Source: Azolla caroliniana (Eukaryota; Plantae; Polypodiophyta). Taken from it: DNA of 64,000 nucleotides. The notes below the pieces were generated by a model. The model was not told where the DNA came from. It ran no database searches and saw nothing but the letters and a program-made list of their open reading frames with translations. Made by a program: the position numbers and the translations under genes. The stretch spans positions 22,444,001-22,508,000 of the forward strand of contig JBHGNT010000007.1 of assembly GCA_043228905.1 (NCBI GenBank), in the 5' to 3' direction. Positions 1 through 9,407 of this stretch are shown piece after piece (position 1 is the stretch's first letter; each line of letters starts with the position of its first letter).

Positions 1-480
1 TTTATTATGTCTATCGTTGTCTTCCTTAAACTTCCAACTTTTGTCAATGTAAAGTCATACACAATGATATTCACCTCACTAGGGTCAATGATAGATGTAT
101 TACAAAGGTTTAATGTATCACCACATCCCAAACTTTACCAATCCAGAATTGGTGCCCTAGGTCATGGCCATCTACATGTGTAACTATTAATATCCCCACC
201 TTGAGTTCTTGCAAGTTTCCTTGTCACCTAACTTATGCTTGTGTTGGCATCCTTGGTTCGACATAAATGTTTCTTTGTTGTGGATGGACCAAACTATGAA
301 GATAAACATTAAGTGCTTGAAGTGGTGATTGAGACCATAAGAATATTTTATAGACCATGTAAACGACATTTCCAAGGTTCAATTACCGTCAACACAATTA
401 TCAATGGTTTTTTGTTGATCAATGAAGAACATGTTCACCATAGTGTATCTTGTTGTGCAACATAATTCTTTGCATTATCA
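1..480 (-). pseudogene. Degenerate coding remnant, possibly the C-terminus of a DNA-transposon protein
   Basis: Minus strand reads in broken frames as ...ELKVGILIVTHVDGHDLGHQFWIGKVWDVV...LYDFTLTKVGSLRKTT. It looks protein-like and has stops and frameshifts; family not established. Confidence 0.3.
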
Positions 481-501
481 ATATGCTTCTTTTTCTCTTG
501 T

Positions 502-1092
502 AAAAACAAAGATTTTAGTACAATTTGAGTTCTTGTTTAAAAAAACTCTTTTATTTGAAAAAAAGAGAACATTTTAAAACATGAACTCGATACATTGTAT
601 CGATTTGATGTAAAAAGGAGAGTTTCCATCACAATTTGATACAATGTATCGAATTCATGTTCAACATTTTTTTTCCCAAATTAAAAAAAATAAAATAAAA
701 TTTTGAGCTTGAGTTGATGAAAAAACTAGAGTTTTCATCACAATTTGATACAATGTACTGAGTTCATGTTTAAAATATTTTTTTTAAATTTTTTTATGGG
801 AAAAAAACATTAACATTAATTCAATAAATTGTATCAAATTGGGATGAAAAATCTGGTTTTTTCATCACTTCAAGCTCAAAATATATTGAAAAAAAATTAA
901 AATAAATAGAAAATTAAAATAAAAAAACAAAAAAAACTTTAAACATGAACTCGATACAATGTATTGAGTACATGTTGAAAACTCAACTTTTCAACGTGAA
1001 CTGGATACAATGTATTGAGTTCCTGTAAAAAATAGAGTTTTTAGCATGAACTCGATACATTGTATCAAATAGTACTACGAAATCTCTGTTTT
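502..1092. repeat. Foldback-like array of ~7 palindromic motifs (CATGAACTCGATACA(T/A)TGTATCGA-like)
   Basis: Copies at ~580-603, 635-659, 744-768, 814-838, 944-974, 995-1024 and 1045-1070, in both orientations, separated by A/T tracts. The ends 502-528 and 1065-1092 are imperfect inverted repeats. Confidence 0.75.
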
Positions 1093-1506
1093 ACTATTAA
1101 AATGATCGAGTTGCTAAATAAATTATATATTTTCACAAGATTTTCCATTAGAAAAATTGCTTGATGGGGGTGTTTTTATTACGCTATTTAGTATTTGTTT
1201 TGCATATTGTTTAACAAAAATTCATTAATTTTTGCGATATTTCGCATCTACCTGTCTCTTTTAGGTATTTCAAGCCCTTTTCTAGAGTTAACCGAACTTT
1301 AAACATATAAGTTGTTAGAAATTACTTATTGGTTCATATAATTGAGTTTCTCAATATTTTTTGATCTTGTGCCTACAAGGACAACTGAATATCAGGATGA
1401 GTGTACGGTCAAGAAAATTTGTTTGAATAATTGAGGCTCGCCTTTAGAATTTGCTCAACGTGAGAAAGCCACGTATAGTCAGAGAGCAAAGTAATATTGT
1501 TCAACA

Positions 1507-2107
1507 ATGATATACCAAGATAGTGATGGTAAGAAATTGAGAGAAGTTAAAGATATTGTTGATTTTCCTACCTCATTTCTTGCACATCTTGAAAGAGCGC
1601 GGAAAGAAAAGGACTATCGTTGTGTGAAGGCATATGGTGTAGAAAATGGTGGCACTTTTAAGAAATTTAGCTACAAAAAGGATGTCACATGGAATTTATA
1701 CTAGAATGTCTATTGTGGTGATGTGGCTGAGATGATACACATATTGCCAACAAAGGAATACATATTATTGATTGTTGACATACCATACGGATTTCGTATG
1801 GTTGGATCAACATACGATGATGAAGCATTTATGTTTAAACAACTTGAGAAGATGGTGAAAGATTTCGCACACACAATATCCTTATGGAGAATTGTTGTAT
1901 TCCATAGCATGACCAAGGATACTCTATAGCACAGGCCTTGAGATCTCATTGCCATGAAATAGAAAACCTTGCTTAATAAGGAATATTTGTCTTACATGGA
2001 GAATTTTGATTTTCCCATCAATACATTCCACTTAATATTGATATTTTTCATTTGAAATGTTCTCCAATGAAGGAGATTGGATACTAGATTTGTTCTCCGG
2101 CTCGGGT
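1507..2107 (+). pseudogene. Decayed beta-class DNA amino-methyltransferase (N6-adenine/N4-cytosine type)
   Basis: ORFs 1507-1704 and 1723-1929 are one frame split by a TAG: NVYCGDVAEMIHILPTKEYILLIVDIPYGF (motif IV, DIPY at 1777-1788). At 2051-2107, FEMFSNEGDWILDLFSGSG (SAM-binding motif I) is followed by a GTAAAT donor-like site. Motif IV precedes motif I, the beta-class order. Confidence 0.7.
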
Positions 2108-2944
2108 AAATTATTATAACTTCGTTTGCTATGCCTTTAGAAATCAATATAGTTTATGTTTAGCTAAATCAATCGTCATTTTAAATTGTTAATGTGTACT
2201 ACATTTGCATCTACATTAAAGCTATTTAGAAATACCATTGCACTTAAAAAGGATAATAAGCAAGTGAGTTTCATTAACACGAGGATTAATGCCTTAACAT
2301 TTTCAATATGCATTCCATGAGCCTATTCCTTCATTAGCTGGTGAACCTAGGGAGTTTATTGATTTTGTCAACGAGCTATTTGAGGACCCTATCCTTACTA
2401 GCCTATGTGGAGCAGATAATACTGCACAAATTTTGTAGGGGGGCTCTCAAAAAGAAGAAGAGGAAAGCAATGTGGATATCCTGATAACTGTGTGATATGT
2501 TCAAATGGATATATTAATGTTCACATCTAAGTTTGATAGATTATGAATATTGTGTACATTTATTGAGTTGTGAATTTATGGATGTTGATGAGCACTAAAT
2601 TTATAGTTGATGACACTAAGGATTACAGTGTTACGCTTCAACAATTGATTGTGTCTAGAAACATGATGTTATTCAGGAGTTTAGCGGCATGGTGGAGCAA
2701 GAATGGGGATAAGGTAAATCAACAAAATTTTAAGTATAAAAAGTTGAGAACAAACTGTAGCTACAATCCTAAGTTGATTAACAAGGATGGATCATTGTCG
2801 GAGGATGTATTTGGAGATCATGGAGGTAGTCACAATTCACTATCGTGGGCTACTCTCATACAATTATAGTATTTCCCCGAACAACCTACTCTAACAGAAC
2901 TTGTTTGATCAAGGCAAAAAACCAGGGTGGACTTGGGTTGGTGG

Positions 2945-3281
2945 TGTGAGGAATAGACGCTTGGCCACAACCGAGTTGAACACTCAATGGAAGATCTAAA
3001 CAGAAATGGAGATTAATACACTTAGACAACAGAGAGGACACATGATGTTTACGTGGAAAACCCTAATAGGGAAAAACCACAGGAACCCACAGACTCGAAC
3101 TATCACTATGAGAAGAGAGGGTTACAACGCGAGACTCAGAGGCAACGACCTCGAGCTCTATGCCTTCGCCAAACAGGCGGTTACAACAAAAAATCCTTTA
3201 TGTATCTCTCTCTCTCTCTCCACACTATGTACAACAGATAATAACATGTATACAGTGATTGACCTAAGTCATATTTATACT
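2945..3281 (-). mobile_element. 3' half of the Copia-B 3' LTR, separated from its 5' half at 48532-48692
   Basis: Has the Copia-LTR-like motif GATGTTTACGTGGAAAACCC...GGGAAAAACCAC and ends in CA on the minus strand at 2945. Its start (AGTATAAATATGACTT) continues the LTR fragment ending AAGTCATATAAGTAT at 48692. Confidence 0.6.
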
Positions 3282-3325
3282 TGTAAAGAAATGAGGAGCA
3301 AGAGTGGCTGAGATGCAACGGAAGG

Positions 3326-3360
<35 letters not shown>

Positions 3361-3584
3361 ATAAAGCAAAACAAAGAGAGAGAGAGAACTTAAGATAGAG
3401 ATAAAAGATTCTATGTTACATTAACCAAAATACTTCCAACCATAGTTCTAGCCATACGTCCCATTCGTGTCATACTCAAACTCCAATATTCGTATCATAC
3501 TCATACGTGAAAAGGCTCCAAGTATGATTGAAATCCATACGCGGTACATAGATATATACATATGGTGTATATGGTGTACATAGT

Positions 3585-3596
<12 letters not shown>

Positions 3597-3659
<63 letters not shown>

Positions 3660-3727
3660 TGGTCTAGAGAGAGAAGCCTTGTTTTGCATGTGTGAGGAGA
3701 CAATGGTTGAGTGTATATCTAGACTCT

Positions 3728-3755
<28 letters not shown>
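3597..3755. repeat. (GA)n microsatellites
   Basis: Long GA dinucleotide runs at ~3597-3657 and ~3728-3755. Confidence 0.95.
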
Positions 3756-3758
<3 letters not shown>

Positions 3759-3991
3759 CTATGGGTTTTGTGTATGTGAGGGAGTGTGTAATATGTATAT
3801 TAGATATCTAGATTTTGTAGAAAGAAACAAAGAAAGATATATTAACGTCTTCTAAGGCCAAATTTGGCCCATGAGACAATTGGGTTACAACAAAAATGAG
3901 TGTTTATCCAATCATCAAAACTAAAATAAAAGAAAATAGCTTAAGCTAAGAAAGTTCTAGTAGTGTACAAAACTTTGTACTAAGCCTAATC

Positions 3992-6900
3992 TCATTTCCA
4001 CCCAAGTCTCTCAAAAAGAAGTGGGAGGTCAAAAGTTTTTGGTGTGGGTGTGACCCATGGTCCCGATGCATAGAGTGCCCTAGCCATGGCTTCTAGGCGG
4101 TGTAGTTCACGTTCCCTTATTTTCTTTATTGCTTCTCCATCCCGTCGAGTTGCTTTGAAACCTGGCATCCAAGGGCGTTTGGTTCTTCTTTGATTTTCTG
4201 CTTCATCAAGGAAAAGCCTGAGTGGTGCAGGTGTGTCGACATTCATTGTCTCCCCCTGTTCCTGAAAAACTTCATTTGTTACATGTTGGTAAACATTAGC
4301 AACATTATTATCAACGTTTTGTAACTTATTCTCTCTGTGTTGTTTCAATTCTAAGATGTATCTACCTAATTTCTTTATATCTAGTGTATCTAATAGTTTA
4401 GGGAGGGTGGGAGAGGAACCAAGTATGTCTTGGTATTTTGCCCTTATCTCGGCATAGGTGGGGCATTTGCATGTAAAATGGTACTCATCCTCTATCTCTA
4501 TGTGGCATAACCTACATATCCTTTCCTCCCTAGAGACTCCATTAGTACGTCCATTCATAATCTCAAGTTGGTGAGATGATATTCTAAGTTGACCAATGGC
4601 AACCCTTAGTGCATGTGGTAAGAATACATCTAGATATTTTGGGCGCGTGATAAAACCTAACTCAGAGAAGTGCATAAAGTGTTCCTTATAGTACGCCATT
4701 TTAGATGGGAGTGGCTCTAGTGGGGTGATCCATTTATACTGAGTATAAATTTGCCATATTTCTTGGCGTATTACTTTATTACGGTCCTCATGAGAGATTA
4801 AAGTGTTATCAGTCGTGTGGTCATACTTAAGGGGGGGGAGGTTATTAATGTCTAGACCGTTGGCAAGAAGCCAACTCACCATCATGCCATACCATGAGCT
4901 AGTATAGCCGAACTCATACAGTGCTCGAGAAGCCTTAAAGGCTTGGTGGGATATTCTATCAAGTGGTTGGTTATGTATCCTGTGGATAAAGACTACAAGT
5001 TGAAAAAGTGCTTCTACTAACACAGGGGGTAGAGTGAACTCAACCCTAATAATGTCATGTGGGACCGACGATTTGCTTCGGAGTTGGCGTGATAACATCA
5101 TCACCAATGGTCTCTCTAATTGCGTCCACATGAAAGATGGTAGTCCTGGAGCCCAAACCGCTGATGCATACATGAGAGAGGGAGTCACTAATGAGTCAAA
5201 GAGCCACCCTTTAGTTCGTGGCTCTTGGAAGTATGCTTGGTGGCATTGTCTCTCGAGGAGTGAGAGGGATGCATGTCCTCTTGTAAGTCTATCCTTCGCT
5301 GCTTGTGTCATCGAAAATTTACCTAAGCGGGCACTGAAAGTGACTCCGAGATAGACATATGATCCAACCACCTCAACTGGGCTATGGGAGATAGTTAGGT
5401 GACACTTAGCTCTAACTTGGGCCGACGTGTGGAAGATAAGGACTTTAGTTTTCCCTAGATTCACTACCAATCCTCGTTGTGTGCAAAAGTCATCTAAGGC
5501 ATTAAGGTGCCTTTGTAGGTCGTGTTCGGATTCAGAGAGCAAAACTATGTCGTCTGCATAGAGCAAGATACGCACCTGCGTATCCCCAAGGACTACTCCA
5601 TTGCCTCCCTTACCAGCAATAAAATTTGTGATCTCATCAATGTAGATCCCAAAAAGAGTCGGAGATAAGGGGCAACCTTGTTTTACACCAATAGTGCTAG
5701 TGAAACTCTCAGATATGCCGCCTGGGCATCGAACACACCCAGACACTTGTTCATATAGTGCGTAGATGGCCCAAACCATGTCATCTGGTATCCTCAAGCT
5801 CTTAAGCCTATCAAACAACCGCTCTCTAGGGACCGTGTCAAAGGTTTTGCGGAAGTCCACAAAACAACAATATAGTTTCTTCTTACGAGCCTTAGTCTGG
5901 TCAATTAAGCATCTAAGTGTGAAGATATGATCAATAGTGGAGAAGGCTCATCTAAAGCCAGCCTGTTCAGGTGCACGAAGATTTAAGGTCTCCATATACT
6001 CGCTAAGCTCTGCCTCCATTAATGCACCATATAATTTAGCAAGGGTATGACCTATCATAATGGTCCTATAAGTATTTGGGTCCATGGGGTCCCCCCCTTT
6101 ATGTATGGGGGCCATTGTGTTCATGGTCCATTGTGGTGGAAAACCCTCTGCGAGGGCACGATTGAAGATTAGAGTTAGCAAGGGAGCTAGGCACTCTCTC
6201 GCATATATGATGTGTTCTGCTCGCAATCTTGTGTGGTCGATGGACTTCCTATGTTGTAATTTCTTTATGACCTTCATGACCCTAGAGGTCGTGAAGAGTG
6301 TCCCCACAGTAGGTCGGGGTGTAGAAGGCATTGGAATGGGTGGTTGGTTTGGGATTTGGTAAAGTCTCTCTGTATAAGTGTGCCAAGTTTCGGGATCTTC
6401 GATGGGTGTTTGTGGTCTTGGTTCCCGTAATCTCTTCCATGCAGTGGCACAATCGCTACTCATGAGCATATGGTAGAGTTCCCAATATTGGGATGGCTCC
6501 CATGCTCGTCTCTTATGATGTGTCATCTTGCGCATTTCTTTACGAGCTTGTACTGAGGTAATACTACCATTGAGTTGCGATATTGTAAGTTGTCTATGTA
6601 AGCACCTACAATCCGCATCATACCATCTATTTTGTGGCATAGATCCTACTTTACCTTGATTGGAGTGTTTCGTGTATGGGAAACTGCTAACTGCTGCAGA
6701 GTGAAGGATGTGTGTGAGTTTCGTACTAAGGCTCTCTAAAGGTAGGGAGGGATCAAGGGAGGAGAGATGGGCTTGAACATGTTGAGCATATATGTCAGAG
6801 AGCTCATGTGTGAAATGTATTGTGATGTCATGGCGTGGTTGACTAGAGTTGGTGACATTAGAGATATCGCATTTTAGCTCGAAGTATAAGAAACTATGGT

Positions 6901-7735
6901 CCGCGCCAATAGGACATGGGGCCATTCGGAAGGAGTTAATCATGTGGGTAGCTTCAGGGCATCCTATTAGATAATCAACTGTGTTTTCCCCTCCTCCATG
7001 TGGGAAACATGTGAGCTCTTCTGAACCTGGCCACTTGGCTAAATCATTATATATGACCATTTGGTGCCGACTGCCGAGTTCGAGCAAATGATGGCCAAAG
7101 CTCGTGGCGTCCACACCTTGATCCTTTGATCTACGTGTGGTGTCTATGTCTAAAGGATCAACATTTACCATTTCTAGGTTTCTATTCATTTGAAATATTG
7201 TGCATTGTCGGGATTGGGTTCTCGCATTAAAGTCTCCTACAAGGAATACTTCTCCTTTGGAAGAATATTGGATTATGTCATCCGATAGAGGTTCATATGG
7301 GGAAGGCCCATGTGGCACTCCGTCATCAACTAATCTCGCCTCGCCAGCCAGATTATAACGAGAGCCTTTCGGGGGAAAGTAACAAATGGCGAAAAATACT
7401 GCCTTGTCCTTGCTTGTGGAGACTTTCACCCACATAAAACGAGCTTCTGGGTTTGTGCTCAGTATTTCTATCATATTATGTAGCTCCCTCCGAAACAATA
7501 TTGCGACACCTCTAGATCCCCTGGTAGTGCATCGACGTGAGGTTTGTCTAAAAGCCGACTCCCAACGAAATCCTTCGACTCGTGGGAGTCCCCTATTTGG
7601 GCTTTGGTGTGTTTCTACTAGGCAAACTATATCTGATTCCTTTAATATCCCCTCTAGGCGGCCGGGGTGTGTCCAGAGTGCGCCGTTACAATTCCATAAG
7701 GTCATCCTAAGTGTGTTTTTTGTCACATGGGCCAC
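3992..7735 (-). pseudogene. LINE ORF2: APE endonuclease-reverse transcriptase with one in-frame stop
   Basis: WNCNG, LVET, GDFNA, DY and ADH endonuclease motifs. QAGFR* at 5948-5950 continues in frame to AFSTIDHIF...FVDFRKTFD, GVKQGCPLSP and LYADD. C-terminal LRISSHQLEI..GR..ERICRLC..EDEYHF..C. Confidence 0.92.
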
Positions 7736-7741
7736 ACGCCG

Positions 7742-8548
7742 TCAATTAGTAGTACGATCATTTATGATCACTCGCCCATCTCGATAAAAGGCGCGATGCC
7801 CGTCTTTACGAGCTTGCATAACATTTGACATACAACTCTTGCGATGCTCAATTTGTATCTTGGTGAGGTCTTCATCGAGATAGATAGGGTCCCCACCCAA
7901 TCCTCGAAGAACTGGTCTCTTCTTAAAGAAAGTGATTCTAGAGTCTAAGTCTTTAAATTGAAGAACTAAGGCTCTCTTCCTAGTTGTGTCGCGTCCGGCC
8001 CTCCAAGCTTTGGTGATAGGTAGGGTCGTTGTGTACCCTAACATTTTCCCGAGTGTTTGTGCATCCTCGTCCGGGGATGCATCTTCCTTGAGCCCAGTGA
8101 CACGCACATTTAGGCGTCGGGCCTGACGCATTTTCTCCTCTTCGAGGGTGGTATTAACAATATTTTCATCCTTTATTTCTTTTTTAATGTTTCTTTTAAC
8201 CACATCTACCCAACCCGTTTTTGCTAACTCTATGTTATTTTTAACCTCCCCTTTAACTTTTTTGATCTCATCTTTTATATCCTCTATGGAGGATATTTCA
8301 CCGTCCTCTCGGGATACCTTGATGTCATTAAGTTGTTGTTTGAGGTTTGTGTTTTCCTCTTTAAGTTTTTCTATTTCGGCCTTGAGGGTGTCTTTTTCCT
8401 CTCTATCTTTTTTCTTGTGGGTTTCGGCGTCTTTCACCCATTTTTTAATATCCATCTCTATTTTTGTTAAACAGTTAAACATATCCAAAAAGTCCTCCTT
8501 ACTTATAGCCTCGTCTTGTGTATCCTTGTGTTCCTTTCGTTTAGACAT
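7742..8548 (-). CDS. LINE ORF1p (coiled coil plus RRM-like nucleic-acid chaperone)
   Basis: Intact 268-aa ORF directly upstream of ORF2; heptad-rich N-half, then RRLNVRVTGLKE and IYLDEDLT motifs typical of LINE ORF1. Confidence 0.8.
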   Translation of the reverse strand: MSKRKEHKDTQDEAISKEDFLDMFNCLTKIEMDIKKWVKDAETHKKKDREEKDTLKAEIEKLKEENTNLKQQLNDIKVSREDGEISSIEDIKDEIKKVKGEVKNNIELAKTGWVDVVKRNIKKEIKDENIVNTTLEEEKMRQARRLNVRVTGLKEDASPDEDAQTLGKMLGYTTTLPITKAWRAGRDTTRKRALVLQFKDLDSRITFFKKRPVLRGLGGDPIYLDEDLTKIQIEHRKSCMSNVMQARKDGHRAFYRDGRVIINDRTTN

Positions 8549-9407
8549 TGTAGTGTCAATAAGAAAAAAAAAAGGATAAAATAAATGGGTTCGAGACTTA
8601 GCCGAGTTTGTGTGTATGTCGTAGTCACATCAGCATTTTGTATGTGACGAGCACACTAAAAGAACAAGGATGCGCCGCCAAGAAAAGAAACACGACACTC
8701 AGCAACCTCAAGAACAAGGAGAAGAACACGACAACGGCAATGGCGACTACGACGGACGATGACAAACGGCAGCAGGTCGTCCAACACGCAGATAGCAGAC
8801 GACGACGGACGTCAGAGGCGGCAGCGCGGCAACAGACGACAACACGATGGGGGGGGGGAGAAAGAAAGAAAGAAAGAAAGAAAAAAAGATATATTAACGT
8901 CTTCTAAGGCCAAATTTGGCCCATGAGACAATTGGTTTACAAGAAAAGAGTATTTATCTAGTCATCATAACTATTTATCACGACCGTTGCAGAGAAGATC
9001 TGTCAGTTCTCGTGTGAGAGAGAAAGAGAGTGTGTGTGTAAGACGTCACTTCTATTCACAAAGAATTATGAATATAAAAAAAAAGAAGCCAACCTCGCCC
9101 CCCCCCCCCAAAAAAAAAAAGCCAAACGAATATCGCGTATCATACGCGTACGTTTGCAAACGTTCGTGTACGTCCAGTAAATTGGACGTACGCGAATATT
9201 AGGAACTATGCTTCCAACAATAACTAAGTTACAAGGGGTTGGTTTAAATACCAACTAAACTAGGGCAAGTGCCCTTTCTACTATTTACAAAACTAGCTTG
9301 GTATGACCATAAGCTAGTGTGAAACCTATTACTATGGGAAGTTGAGTTCGACTCTCAGCACACCCCTTCGAACACAACTTCCATTTGTCGAAAAGTTGTT
9401 TCGGTTC

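Larger units (their letters stand above)
3821..8850 (-). mobile_element. Full-length two-ORF non-LTR retrotransposon (LINE, non-L1; RTEX/L2/CR1-like)
   Basis: 5' UTR, ORF1, ORF2 (APE endonuclease + RT + CxxC..H..C motif), short 3' UTR ending in (TTTC)n on the element strand instead of poly(A). Confidence 0.9.
3441..9210. mobile_element. Non-autonomous hAT-like DNA transposon carrying a nested LINE
   Basis: 8-bp TSD CTTCCAAC at 3433-3440 and 9211-9218, single-copy in the uninterrupted LTR at ~48.83 kb. Terminal inverted repeat CATAGTTC/GAACTATG; CATACG/CGTA-rich subterminal motifs; no transposase. Confidence 0.8.
3282..9360 (-). mobile_element. Copia-A 3' LTR (3282-3440 + 9211-9360), split by a hAT-like insertion
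   Basis: Both halves match the LTRs at 42598-43255 and 48693-48988 (TGTAAAGAAATGAGGAGC...CTCTCAGCA). A PPT-like CACCCCTTC follows at 9361. Confidence 0.85.

Noticed and set aside
580-1070. CRISPR-like look of regularly spaced palindromic repeats
   Set aside because: Repeats alternate in orientation and are degenerate, spacers are A/T homopolymer tracts, there are no cas genes, and the context is eukaryotic.
2570-2869. 99-aa ORF as an independent gene
   Set aside because: No motif; more likely a downstream remnant of the decayed MTase-bearing element.
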